Source of the DNA: Candidatus Spongiisociaceae bacterium
GTDB lineage: Bacteria; Actinomycetota; Acidimicrobiia; Spongiisociales; Spongiisociaceae
Length of the DNA: 64,000 bases
Direction of reading: 5' to 3'
Assembly: GCA_965202665.1 (NCBI GenBank)
Contig: OZ241841.1
Span: forward strand, 160,001 to 224,000
Part shown: positions 1-9,536 of the stretch, in pieces
Numbering within the stretch: position 1 is the stretch's first letter
Layout: each line of letters starts with the position of its first letter
Notes under the pieces: model-generated
Databases searched by the model: none
Told to the model about the DNA's origin: nothing
Seen by the model: the letters and a program-made list of their open reading frames with translations, nothing else
Translations under genes and position numbers: made by a program

Positions 1-2
1 TA

Positions 3-1010
3 GAGGGCCTGTCGGTGGACATGGTCATCAACCCGGTGGAGTCGGCGGCGGAGGAAATCTCCACCCTGGTCAGCGAATCGGGGGTTTCGGAACTGATCGA
101 CTTCGGAGAAGGCCGCCTGTCGCTGGTGGGGGGGACCGCCACCGGCCTGTCGCCGCTGGTGGGGCCGCCGTTGAGCACCTTGCAGAACCGGGTGAACGGG
201 TTCGGATGGCTGGCCATCGCGGTGGTGCGGGACGGGCTGACCATCGTGGCCCGTGGCGACACCACCATCCAAGAAGGCGACCACCTGCTGTTGATGGTGA
301 AAACCGAGCATGTGGACCGGGCCAAAGAGCTGATCGGCCTCAACAAACGGGAAATCAGCCGTTGCCTGGTGGTGGGCAGCACCCGGGTGGCCTCCCAAAC
401 CGCGCAACTGCTGTTGGAAAAAGGGGTGGACGTGGTGGTGATCGACCGGGACCGGGCCCGCAGCGAGCGGATGGCGGAGGAGAACCCGTCCGCGTTGGTC
501 ATCACCGGCGACCCCACCGACCCGGAGGTGCTGGGCGGATTCGACATCACCGAAGACGCGGTGGTGGCCCTCACCGGGGAGGACACCACCAACCTGATCG
601 CCTCGCTGGTGGCCAAAGCCCTGGGGGCCCCCACCACCATCAGCCGCGTCACCCGCATGAGTTACGTGGGGTTGCTGGCCGGGATCGGGGTGGACACCAC
701 CGTTTCGGTGCGGCTGGCGGCGGCCAACTCCATTCTCCGTTTCGTGCGCCGGGGGACCATTCATTCGGTGGTCACCTTCTCCGACACCGACGCCGAGGCG
801 GTGGAGTTCGAGGTGGATTCGCAGTGCGGCATAGTGGGGCGCACCCTCAACGACATTCCCCTCCCGTCCGGGGCGGTGGTGGGGGGCATCTTGCGCGAGG
901 ATCAAACCCTGGTGCCGTCCGGGGCCACCGAAATCCGCCCCCGGGATCATATGATCATTTTTTCGCTTCCGTCGGCCATGGCGGAAGTGGAAAGCCTGTT
1001 TTCCCGGTGA
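3..1010 (+). CDS. trkA: Trk potassium uptake NAD-binding subunit TrkA (5'-partial)
   Basis: Frame is open to the window edge. Alternating RCK-C/RCK-N/RCK-C regions (VINP..AAEEI, VVGSTRVA, GDPTDPEVL, PSGATEIRPRDH). Directly upstream of trkH. Confidence 0.93.
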   Translation, partial: EGLSVDMVINPVESAAEEISTLVSESGVSELIDFGEGRLSLVGGTATGLSPLVGPPLSTLQNRVNGFGWLAIAVVRDGLTIVARGDTTIQEGDHLLLMVKTEHVDRAKELIGLNKREISRCLVVGSTRVASQTAQLLLEKGVDVVVIDRDRARSERMAEENPSALVITGDPTDPEVLGGFDITEDAVVALTGEDTTNLIASLVAKALGAPTTISRVTRMSYVGLLAGIGVDTTVSVRLAAANSILRFVRRGTIHSVVTFSDTDAEAVEFEVDSQCGIVGRTLNDIPLPSGAVVGGILREDQTLVPSGATEIRPRDHMIIFSLPSAMAEVESLFSR

Positions 1011-2521
1011 AAAAGGGAACCGGGCCGCCGGGGAAAAGCCGGATTCTGGCCGCCCTGCTGGGCAACCGGGGGCATATGTTCGGGCGGCTGGCGTTCGTCA
1101 TCGGGTCGGTGGTGGCCGCCTCCGGCATCGCCATGCTCCCCGCGGCGGCGGTTTCTTTCATCTACCGGGAGTGGGAAACCGGCTGGGGGATAGCCTTGGC
1201 CTCGGCGGTCACTTTCGCCTGCGGGGCCGCCAGCCGCCGGATCTTCGGGCGGCCCGGCAACCTGACCACCAAGGAGGGTTTCGCGGCGGTGGGCCTGTCG
1301 TGGCTGGCCATGTCCCTGTTCGGCACCCTCCCCTATCTGCTGAGCGGGGCCATCGGCAACGCCACCGACGCCTTTTTTGAAACCGCCTCCGGGTTCACCA
1401 CCACCGGGGCGTCGGTGGTGCCCGACCCGTCCCTGCTCCCGCATGGGATACTGCTGTGGCGGTCGCTGACCCAGTGGATCGGGGGGATGGGGGTGATCCT
1501 GCTGTCGCTGGCGGTGCTGCCCCTGCTCGGTTCGGGCGGGGTGCAGTTGGCCCGCGCCGAGTCGCCCGGCCCGGAACCGGACCGCCTCACCCCCCGTTTC
1601 CGGGAAACCGCCAAGCGCCTCTGGTACGTTTACGCGCTCATCACCCTCGCCGAGGCCCTGTTGCTGTGGGCGGGGGACATGAACCTGTTCCAGGCGGTCA
1701 ACCACGCTTTCACCACCATGTCCACCGGCGGATTCGGCACCGAGGCGGCTTCCATCGGGGCGTTCGGGGCTTACACGCAGTGGGTGGTGATCGTGTTCAT
1801 GTTCATCGCCGGCTCCTCCTTCGCCCTCCATTTCCGGGCCGTTCGGGATCCGGGCCGTTACTGGCGCAACACCGAGTTCCGTCTCTACGCGGCGATTATT
1901 TTGGCGGCGGCGGTGATTATCGCAGGGGGGTTATGGGGGTCGGGGGCGGGCGATGACATTCGGAACTCCCTGTTCACCGCCGTGTCGCTTATCACCACCA
2001 CCGGCTACGCCACCGCCGACTTCGGCTTGTGGATACCGGCCTTGCAGATTCTGGTGGTGGGCCTGATGTTCGTGGGGGGGATGGCCGGGTCCACCGCCGG
2101 GGGCATCAAAACCTTCCGCCTGGGGGTGCTGGTGAAGGCGGCGGCCAACGATTTGCGGCGCATCATTCATCCCCGGGCGGTGTTTCCCACCCGCTTCGGG
2201 GCCAGACGGGTGCCGGATCCGGTGGTGGAAAGCGTGCAGAGCTTCTTTCTGTTTTTCATGTTTCTGTTTATGACCGGCACTTTCCTGATGGGTTTTCTGT
2301 CCGCCACCTTCGGCCCGGAACTGGACATCGTGGGGGCGGTGTCGGCCACGGCCAGCGCTTTGGGCAACATCGGCCCCGCTTTGGGCGATTTGGGTCCCTC
2401 CGGCAACTATCTGTCCGTCACCTGGCCCGGGAAGTGGACGCTGTCTTTTCTGATGATCGCCGGGCGGCTGGAGGTTTTCCCGGTGTTGCTCCTGTTCACC
2501 CGCTCCCTGTGGCGCCGCTGA
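1007..2521 (+). CDS. trkH: Trk potassium uptake membrane subunit TrkH
   Basis: Pore-loop motifs FETASGFTTTGAS, TMSTGGF, SLITTTGY, GSTAGGIK, LGNIGPALG and GRLE. GTG overlaps the trkA stop; alternative ATG at 1076. The ORF-track extension to 206 is an overlap artefact. Confidence 0.93.
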   Translation: MKKGTGPPGKSRILAALLGNRGHMFGRLAFVIGSVVAASGIAMLPAAAVSFIYREWETGWGIALASAVTFACGAASRRIFGRPGNLTTKEGFAAVGLSWLAMSLFGTLPYLLSGAIGNATDAFFETASGFTTTGASVVPDPSLLPHGILLWRSLTQWIGGMGVILLSLAVLPLLGSGGVQLARAESPGPEPDRLTPRFRETAKRLWYVYALITLAEALLLWAGDMNLFQAVNHAFTTMSTGGFGTEAASIGAFGAYTQWVVIVFMFIAGSSFALHFRAVRDPGRYWRNTEFRLYAAIILAAAVIIAGGLWGSGAGDDIRNSLFTAVSLITTTGYATADFGLWIPALQILVVGLMFVGGMAGSTAGGIKTFRLGVLVKAAANDLRRIIHPRAVFPTRFGARRVPDPVVESVQSFFLFFMFLFMTGTFLMGFLSATFGPELDIVGAVSATASALGNIGPALGDLGPSGNYLSVTWPGKWTLSFLMIAGRLEVFPVLLLFTRSLWRR

Positions 2522-2714
2522 AAAATTCGGGTTCAGTCAAGTTAAACCTTGAGGGGGTTCATCGGCTGAGGGCTTCTTCCGGGTTTCGGACAACGGAGAC
2601 CGGGAGGCTGATCCAAAGAGGGCCTTCAATGAAATGGTAGCCTCTTCCGCAAAGCCTGCGTTGTTCCATCAGATGGATCTGGACTGAACATCACGTCATA
2701 TAATCCGGGATGCG

Positions 2715-3050
2715 TCAGGACATCAAACGCTCAACGTCTTCAATCAGAACCGGCAGTTTTTTTATCAGTACGTTCCAAACTTGCTCATTTTCAATTTGTC
2801 CGTATTCATGCGCTAAAACATTTCGCAGTCCGATTATTTTTCGATATTCAGTGATATTTTCGAGCAGATGAGGGTCTAATTTTGCTAATGCAATCAAGGC
2901 AATACCGATATTTTCCAAAGAGCGCTCCACGCCCAAGCGGAGCCATTCGTCATTTTCGTAGAACTTCAGATCCTTGTCTTGGATCTTCTCGGTGATGCCG
3001 ACGGCAAAGTATTTTATGTCATACAGAAATTTCCATGCCCTATGATTCAT
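2715..3050 (-). CDS. HepT-like HEPN ribonuclease toxin (DUF86 family)
   Basis: 111 aa with the RX4HXY motif (RNVLAHEY). Low GC. Overlaps the upstream MNT gene. Confidence 0.88.
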   Translation of the reverse strand: MNHRAWKFLYDIKYFAVGITEKIQDKDLKFYENDEWLRLGVERSLENIGIALIALAKLDPHLLENITEYRKIIGLRNVLAHEYGQIENEQVWNVLIKKLPVLIEDVERLMS

Positions 3051-3345
3051 AAACCACCACCCTGCTTTCCGCTACCGCACGATCAAAATACGGATTCCGG
3101 TACGAATCCTTGGCGGCCAGCAGGTCCACTTTCCGTCCGTACAGGGCCACCAGCGCCTCCTGGAAATCTAGGTAGAACCAGCAACGCTTTGAGGCCTTAT
3201 CATTAAATTTGACCAAGAAATCCAGGTCGCTATCGTCGCGGAATTCTCCTGTAACCGCCGAGCCGAACAGCTCCAAGCGAGCCACATTGTGCTCTTGGCA
3301 CAGTCTTCGCAACTCCGGCAACCGGTTTTCAATTAAGTCGATCAT
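3040..3345 (-). CDS. Minimal nucleotidyltransferase (MntA-like antitoxin)
   Basis: GSX10DXD motif (FGSAVTGEFRDDSDLDFLV) and GRKVDL. GGAGG SD before the ATG at 3345. Confidence 0.88.
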   Translation of the reverse strand: MIDLIENRLPELRRLCQEHNVARLELFGSAVTGEFRDDSDLDFLVKFNDKASKRCWFYLDFQEALVALYGRKVDLLAAKDSYRNPYFDRAVAESRVVVYES

Positions 3346-3428
3346 CGCCACCTCCGACCGTTCGCGACGCTATTCTAACACGCTTGGTTTGGAGAGTATC
3401 ACGGGCCGGGCTTTCGCCCCCCGGCGGG

Positions 3429-4547
3429 TTAGTCGGTGGTTAGGACCACCATTTGGTCGCGGTGTATTACCTCTCTTTCCCAGCCGGAGTCGGCGGAGCG
3501 GCGGCCCATCACCGAGGCAAGTTTGCCGGAGTCGAGGCCGGCTACTCCTTTTGCCACCAGCTCTCCCCGCGGGTCGCGGATTTCCACCGCCGCCCCGGCT
3601 GCGAACTCCCCTTCCACCCCGGTTACCCCCACCGGCAGCAAAGAGCTCCCCCGTTCCGTCACCGCCCGGGCCGCTCCCTCGTCCACGTTCACCGCCCCCT
3701 CCGTCCGCTGCCCGAAGGCCAGCCACAGCTTGCGGGCCGAAAGTTTGCCGGCGCGGGGAATCACGTAGGTGCCCACCGCCCGGCCCGCTACGATGTCGGA
3801 CACCGCCCCCTCCCGGTCGGAGCGGGCCACTACGGCGGGGATGCCCGACCAGGCCGCCATCTGCGCGGCCGCCACTTTGGAGGAAACCCCGCCCGACCCC
3901 ATCGGCCCCGACTCCCCCCGGGAAATTTCCTCCAGAATCGGGTCGGCGTAACTCACTTCGGTCAGCAACCGGGCCGGACCCGACCTGGGATCGGAGGAAA
4001 AAAGCCCTTCGGTGTCGGTGAGGATAATCAGCGCCCCCGCCCCTATCAGGTGGGAGACGATGGCCGCCAAACGGTCGTTGTCGCCCACCCGCAGGCCTTC
4101 CACCGCCACCGTGTCGTTTTCGTTCACCACCGGCACGATTCCCCCCTCCAGCATCCGTCCCAGGGCGGCGCGGGCGTGCAAATACTGGGAGCGCATGGCC
4201 AGGATGTCCCGGGTGATGAGAACCTGGCCCACCGCGTATCCGGCGGCGGCGAAGGCCCGGTGATATTGGACGATAAGCCGGGTTTGCCCCACCGAGGCCG
4301 CCACTTGCAGGCCGGTGATGTCCGCCGGGGCCTCCCCCAGGCCCGCCCGGCCGGCCGCCACCGCCCCGGAGGTGATGAGGGCGGTCGGGTAGCCGGCCTC
4401 CCGCAGGGAGCGCACCTGGCCCACCACCCGTTCCACCGCCCCCTCGTCCACCCGCCCTCCGGCGGCGATGAGGCTGGAAGAACCCACTTTGAGGGCCACC
4501 GGCGACCCCGGGGCGACCGGGCGGCGCGCAGCCGCTCCCTCAGTCAT
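3429..4547 (-). CDS. proB: Glutamate 5-kinase
   Basis: KVGSS, TSGAVAAG, NENDTV, GDNDRLAA, C-terminal PUA domain ending IHRD. Follows obgE. Confidence 0.95.
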   Translation of the reverse strand: MTEGAAARRPVAPGSPVALKVGSSSLIAAGGRVDEGAVERVVGQVRSLREAGYPTALITSGAVAAGRAGLGEAPADITGLQVAASVGQTRLIVQYHRAFAAAGYAVGQVLITRDILAMRSQYLHARAALGRMLEGGIVPVVNENDTVAVEGLRVGDNDRLAAIVSHLIGAGALIILTDTEGLFSSDPRSGPARLLTEVSYADPILEEISRGESGPMGSGGVSSKVAAAQMAAWSGIPAVVARSDREGAVSDIVAGRAVGTYVIPRAGKLSARKLWLAFGQRTEGAVNVDEGAARAVTERGSSLLPVGVTGVEGEFAAGAAVEIRDPRGELVAKGVAGLDSGKLASVMGRRSADSGWEREVIHRDQMVVLTTD

Positions 4548-5787
4548 CGGTGAACTCAAACGACAGGTCGCCGATGCGAACCTCGTCCCCCGGGCGGGCC
4601 CCCGCCTCCCGCAAAGCGTCGTCCACCCCCAGCCGGCGGAGACGGCTGGCGGCCAGGGAAGCGGCCCCGGTCATGGTCAAATCGTTCAATCCCACCGCCC
4701 GTTCCGCCAGCCGTCCGCTCACCTCCCAGGCCCCGTCCGTCCGCCGCACGGTGAAAGTTTCCATCGGACGGTGCAGCACGTAGCCTTCCCGGCCGGCCGG
4801 GGACTCCTCATGCTCGGCCTTTTGCACGGCGTCGGCGATGCGGTGCAGGGCCTCCTCCAGCCCGGCCCCGGTGACGGCGCTCACCATCCCCACCTCCCCC
4901 GCCTGCTCCCGCAGGGCGTCGGGAACCTCCGGGGACAGGTCCGCTTTGGAAATCAGCACCACCCGCGGGCGGGCGGGCAACCCGGGATGGTAGGCCTCCA
5001 GCTCCCCGAGCAACGTCCGATACTGCAACTCCAGCGGGTCGGTCTGCAAAGGGGAGGGGTCCAGCAGCATCACCAGGGCCCGGGCCCGTTCGCAGTGGCG
5101 CAGGAAGGCGCGTCCCAGCCCTTTTCCTTCGGAGGCCCCGGCGACCAGGCCGGGAATGTCGGCCAGCACGAACTCCCGCTCCCCCACCGCAACCACCCCC
5201 AGGTTGGGTTCCAAAGTGGTGAAGGGATAGTCGGCGATTTTGGGGCGGGCGGCGGACACCCGGGAAATGAAAGTGGATTTGCCGGCGTTGGGGTAGCCGA
5301 TGAGGGCGGCGTCGGCCAGCAGTTTCATTTCCAGCGTGAACCAGGCCCCGCTCCCGTACTCCCCCTGTTCGCAGAAGGCGGGGGCCCGGCGGCGGGGGGA
5401 GGCCAGGGCGGCGTTGCCCCGTCCGCCGCGGCCCCCGGTCAAAACCCGCACCCGTTGGCCGGGGGACAGCAGATCGGCCGCCAAACGGCCCTCTTCGTCG
5501 AACACCGCCGTTCCGGGGGGAACGGGGAAGCGCAGGTCCTCCCCCCGGCGGCCGTTCCGCAGGTCGCCGGAGCCGTGCGTTCCTTTGCCCGCTTTATGGT
5601 GGGTGCGGCGCCGGTAGGCCTGCAAGGTGGAAAGGGAAGAGTCGGCGATTATGACCACGTCCCCTCCGGCCCCCCCCGAACCTCCGGCCGGTTTGCCGCG
5701 CGGGCGGCGGCCCTGTTGCAGGAAAGAAACCGCCCCGGCCCCGCCGTCGCCGGAACGGAGGCGGACCCGAACCCGGTCTACGAACAC
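4540..5787 (-). CDS. obgE: GTPase ObgE/CgtA
   Basis: FVDRV start, Gly-rich Obg fold, GYPNAGKST, DYPFTTLEPNLG, DIPGL, C-terminal OCT domain. Confidence 0.97.
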   Translation of the reverse strand: MFVDRVRVRLRSGDGGAGAVSFLQQGRRPRGKPAGGSGGAGGDVVIIADSSLSTLQAYRRRTHHKAGKGTHGSGDLRNGRRGEDLRFPVPPGTAVFDEEGRLAADLLSPGQRVRVLTGGRGGRGNAALASPRRRAPAFCEQGEYGSGAWFTLEMKLLADAALIGYPNAGKSTFISRVSAARPKIADYPFTTLEPNLGVVAVGEREFVLADIPGLVAGASEGKGLGRAFLRHCERARALVMLLDPSPLQTDPLELQYRTLLGELEAYHPGLPARPRVVLISKADLSPEVPDALREQAGEVGMVSAVTGAGLEEALHRIADAVQKAEHEESPAGREGYVLHRPMETFTVRRTDGAWEVSGRLAERAVGLNDLTMTGAASLAASRLRRLGVDDALREAGARPGDEVRIGDLSFEFTDD

Positions 5788-5804
5788 CGCGTCCGCGTGC
5801 TCCC

Positions 5805-6056
5805 CTATTCGGGGAGAACGCTCACGCAGCGACGACGATGGCGGGTGTGGTACTTGACCGTGCCCGGAGCCAGGGCGAACAGGGTGTCGTCCCCGCCCCG
5901 GCCCACGTTGCGGCCGGGAAAAATGCGGGTGCCGCGTTGCCGCACGATGATGGCCCCGGCGTTGATCCGCTGGCCGTCGAACACTTTGGGGCCCAGCCGT
6001 TTGGCCGCCGAGTCGCGTCCGTTTTTGGTGGAGCCGCCGCCTTTGGTTTTGGACAT
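5805..6056 (-). CDS. rpmA: 50S ribosomal protein L27
   Basis: [35 protein letters not shown]. Confidence 0.98.
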   Translation of the reverse strand: MSKTKGGGSTKNGRDSAAKRLGPKVFDGQRINAGAIIVRQRGTRIFPGRNVGRGGDDTLFALAPGTVKYHTRHRRRCVSVLPE

Positions 6057-6057
6057 T

Positions 6058-6435
6058 TCAATCCTCCTCCCCGTTCTCCCCGCCGTCCCCGTTTCCCCCG
6101 TCGTCCGGTCCGTTTTCCCCTTCGGTTGCTTCGCCGATGCCTACGATGCGCAACCTGGTGTATCTTTGCCGGTGGCCCATGCGGCGGCGGTAGCCGGACT
6201 TGTTCTTGTATTTGAAGATGTCCAGTTTATCCCCCCGCACCTCCCCCTCCACTTCGGCCGTGACCGGCATTTCCTCCAAGCGGGCGCGGTCGGTCACCGC
6301 CTTCCCCTCCCCGTCCACCACCAACAGCGGCGTGAAAGTCACGGTTTCGGAGGCGCCTTTCAGCAACTCCACGTCGATGACGTCGCCGGCGGCCACTTTG
6401 GATTGTTTGCCGCCGGAGCGGATGATGGCGTACAT
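6058..6435 (-). CDS. rplU: 50S ribosomal protein L21 with acidic C-terminal tail
   Basis: [11 protein letters not shown] and [20 protein letters not shown]. Confidence 0.97.
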   Translation of the reverse strand: MYAIIRSGGKQSKVAAGDVIDVELLKGASETVTFTPLLVVDGEGKAVTDRARLEEMPVTAEVEGEVRGDKLDIFKYKNKSGYRRRMGHRQRYTRLRIVGIGEATEGENGPDDGGNGDGGENGEED

Positions 6436-6477
6436 TATCGCCTGCCTCTGTCGGGGGTTGCGCGGGTTAACCGGGCC

Positions 6478-6483
6478 ATTATA
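6478..6483 (-). promoter_or_regulatory. Consensus -10 box (TATAAT) upstream of rplU-rpmA-obgE-proB
   Basis: Exact TATAAT on the minus strand 42 nt before the rplU ATG, within otherwise GC-rich DNA. Confidence 0.6.
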
Positions 6484-6520
6484 GGCGGCGCCCCCCGTTT
6501 TTCCCAACCGGGCGCGCCGT

Positions 6521-8065
6521 TCATCGGCGGCGGCGGTCCCCGTTGCCCGAACGGGGATGGGAAATGGGGGCCCCGGTGACGGCGGCCGTCTCGTGCAGCA
6601 GAAGCCCCCGGCCCTCGCATTTGGGGCAGGGTTCGGAGAAAGCCTCCAGCAGCCCGCTGGACACGTTTTTGCGGGTCATTTCCACCAGGCCCAGGCTGGA
6701 AACCTCGTGCACCTGGGTGGTGGTCTTGTCCAAAGCCAGCGTTTCCCGGAGGCGGCGCAACACCGCGTCCCGGTTGCGGCGGCGTTCCATGTCAATGAAG
6801 TCGATGACGATGATCCCGCCGATGTCCCGCAACCGCAACTGGCGGCCCACCTCCTCGGCCGCTTCCAGGTTGTTGCGCAGCACCGTGTCCTCCAGGTTGG
6901 AGGTGCCCACGAATTTTCCGGTGTTGACGTCGATGACGGTAAGGGCTTCGGCCCGGTCGATGATGAGATGCCCGCCGGACGGCAACCACACTTTGCGTTC
7001 CAAGGCCCGGCGCAGCTGGTCGTCCACCCGAAAACGTTCAAACAGCCCCTGGTCGTCCTCCCCGGCGCACTCCACTTTGGACACCAGTTGCGGGGCGAAG
7101 CCCTCCAGGTAGGATTTCACCTGCTGAAAAGCGTCCCGGTCGTCGATGAGCAAGCGCCGGAAGTCGGGGGTGAAATGCTCCCGGATGACCCGCGACAGCA
7201 GATCCGGTTCCTGGTACAGCACGCGGGGGGCTTTGCCGTTCTGGGAGCGGTTGCGGATGCTCCGCCACTGATTCACCAGCCGGGAAATGTCGGAGCGGAT
7301 TTCCTCCCGGGAGGCCCGCTCGGCGGCGGTGCGCACGATAGCCCCGTACCCTTTGGGCCGTTCCGACTCCACGATGTTGCGCAATCGCACCCGCTCTTTG
7401 TCGGGCAGACGGCGGGAAATGCCCACCGAATCATCGCTGGGCATCAGCACCAGATGGCGGCCGGACAGAACCACCTGGCTGGTCAGCCGGGGCCCTTTGG
7501 TGCCCATGGCGTCCTTGTCCACCTGCACGATGATGTTTTCCCCCGATTTGAGCAGTTCCTCGATGCGGGACCCGTTTTTGGGGGCTTGTTTAGCGGCGAT
7601 CACATCCGCCGCGTAGAGGATGCCGTTTTTCTCGGCGCCGATGTCCACAAAGGCCGCCTCCAGGCCGGGCAGGACGCTGCGCACCTGTCCCAGGTAAATG
7701 TTGCCCACCAGCGACTGCTGATCCGACAGGTGCACGTAGTGTTCCACCAGGCGCGGCCCTTCCAGCACCACCGCCTGCGTCTGATGGGGGCGCACCCGCA
7801 CCAGCATCTGCTTGCGTCCGGTGGGGGGCGGAACCACTCCGGCGTCGGAGAAGGTGCGCCGGCCGGAGCCGGGGGCGGGCCCGCTCCGGTTCCGCGGACG
7901 GCGGGCGGGGCGGGGCCTCGGTTTTTTAGCGGGGGCGGATTCGGCTTCCTGAACCCGCCGCACCTGGACGGTTCTTACCCCCACCTTCCTGGTGCTCAGC
8001 TCCTCGGTCGGGGAATCACCTACCCCGCGTCTCAGGACTGTTGCTTTGCGTCGAAACAACGGCAT
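6521..8065 (-). CDS. rne: Rne/Rng family ribonuclease (RNase E/G catalytic domain, Arg-rich N-terminus)
   Basis: GNIYLG..V.PGLEAAFVDIG S1 region, VIDVNTGKF, LRLRDIGGIIVIDFIDM, zinc-link CPKCEGRG. AAGGAG SD. Confidence 0.93.
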   Translation of the reverse strand: MPLFRRKATVLRRGVGDSPTEELSTRKVGVRTVQVRRVQEAESAPAKKPRPRPARRPRNRSGPAPGSGRRTFSDAGVVPPPTGRKQMLVRVRPHQTQAVVLEGPRLVEHYVHLSDQQSLVGNIYLGQVRSVLPGLEAAFVDIGAEKNGILYAADVIAAKQAPKNGSRIEELLKSGENIIVQVDKDAMGTKGPRLTSQVVLSGRHLVLMPSDDSVGISRRLPDKERVRLRNIVESERPKGYGAIVRTAAERASREEIRSDISRLVNQWRSIRNRSQNGKAPRVLYQEPDLLSRVIREHFTPDFRRLLIDDRDAFQQVKSYLEGFAPQLVSKVECAGEDDQGLFERFRVDDQLRRALERKVWLPSGGHLIIDRAEALTVIDVNTGKFVGTSNLEDTVLRNNLEAAEEVGRQLRLRDIGGIIVIDFIDMERRRNRDAVLRRLRETLALDKTTTQVHEVSSLGLVEMTRKNVSSGLLEAFSEPCPKCEGRGLLLHETAAVTGAPISHPRSGNGDRRRR

Positions 8066-8348
8066 TAATCAACTCCTTGGGCGAACAACCTCGCCTAATC
8101 GTGCGGTTCGGACCCGGGAGCGCGGCGGGGCCGGCCGGCGCCCGCGCGGCACCCGCCTTTCGCATCATTCCGCCTGCGGTTTTCACAGGGTCCTCCTTAC
8201 ATTCCACCCCGGTCGGCGGCGTCGGACGGATGTAGCGCCCGACGCGGCCCGTTCCGGACTTCTGAAAACGATTCCAGGGGGGCGGCCCCCCGGTGTCCCG
8301 CCTTCTAGTATAGCGGCTAATTTCGGGGCGCGGCGCATTTGCCGGATC

Positions 8349-9533
8349 CTACGGTTCCCGGGCCAGTTCGGGGGGGAGGGGGCTGCGGGTGCGCCACACC
8401 GAGTTGACGATCCCCAACCCGGCGGACATGGCGATAATGGCCGAACCTCCCACGCTCATAAAAGGCAGGGGCAGGCCGGTCACCGGGGCCACGCCCATCG
8501 TCATCCCGATGTTGATGAAAATATGGAAGGCCAGCAGGGAGGCCATGCCCACCGCGATCAGGCTTCCGAAGCGGTCCGAGCAGGCGGCGGCGATCATCAA
8601 GATGCGCCATATCAGAAACACGTACACCAGCAGCACCGCCAGCCCGCCGAAGAAGCCCAGCTGTTCGGCCACGGCCGTGAAAATAAAGTCGGTGGTCTGG
8701 GAGGGGACGAAGTCGAGGCCGGTCTGGGTGCCCTCCAGCAGGCCCCGTCCGAACAACTGCCCGGAGCCGATGGCGATTTTGGACTGGTTGATGTTCCAGT
8801 TCATCCCCTGCAGGTCGACCGTTTGATCCAGGAAGCCGGACAGGCGGTTGATCTGGTACTCCTGGAGCAGGTTCAGCCGGAAGACGGCCACCACCCCGGC
8901 CGCCCCGGCCGCCAGCAGAGCCGCCAGTTGGCGGAAGCTTAGGCCGGCCGCGAAGAGCATCCCCGCCGTCAAAAACATCACCGCCAGCATGGTCCCCAGG
9001 TCGGGTTGGATGAAAATGAGAAGGCAGGGCAGGGCCACCAGGGCTATGGCGAACCCCATGCGCCGCCAGCGCATCCCCTCCTCCCGGGCCCGGGCCAGCA
9101 CGCCGGCCAGCACCACCACCAGGGCCACTTTGGCGAACTCGGAGGGTTGCAACTGGAAAGCCCCCAGGGGAATCCACCGGTTGGCCCCTTTCACCGGCGG
9201 GAAAAACAGCACCACGATCAGGCCCAGCACGGTCAGGCCGTAAAAATAGGGGAGGAGCCGCCGGTACTCCCGGTAGCCGACCAGGGAGGCGATGATGAAG
9301 GCGGCCAGCCCGGCCCCTGCGAAGACCATCTGCCGGGTCATGGCCCCGAAGGCCCCCCCTCCCCCCTCCGCGTCGCGGATAAAAGTGGCGGAATAGACCA
9401 TCACCGCGCTCAGGGCCAGCAGCCCGGCGATTATTACGAACATGGCCACGTCCGGGGCCGGTTTGGGCCGGTCGGCGAACAGGCCGCGCACCGGCTCCGG
9501 CCGGTAGCCCCTCCTCCCGCCCAGTACCGCCAT
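8349..9533 (-). CDS. rodA: Rod shape-determining SEDS glycosyltransferase RodA
   Basis: GANRWI..G.FQLQPSEFAK, QPDLGT, QSKIAIGSG, TDFIF, PVTGLPLPFMSVGGS. Downstream of mrdA. Confidence 0.95.
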   Translation of the reverse strand: MAVLGGRRGYRPEPVRGLFADRPKPAPDVAMFVIIAGLLALSAVMVYSATFIRDAEGGGGAFGAMTRQMVFAGAGLAAFIIASLVGYREYRRLLPYFYGLTVLGLIVVLFFPPVKGANRWIPLGAFQLQPSEFAKVALVVVLAGVLARAREEGMRWRRMGFAIALVALPCLLIFIQPDLGTMLAVMFLTAGMLFAAGLSFRQLAALLAAGAAGVVAVFRLNLLQEYQINRLSGFLDQTVDLQGMNWNINQSKIAIGSGQLFGRGLLEGTQTGLDFVPSQTTDFIFTAVAEQLGFFGGLAVLLVYVFLIWRILMIAAACSDRFGSLIAVGMASLLAFHIFINIGMTMGVAPVTGLPLPFMSVGGSAIIAMSAGLGIVNSVWRTRSPLPPELAREP

Positions 9534-9536
9534 CGC

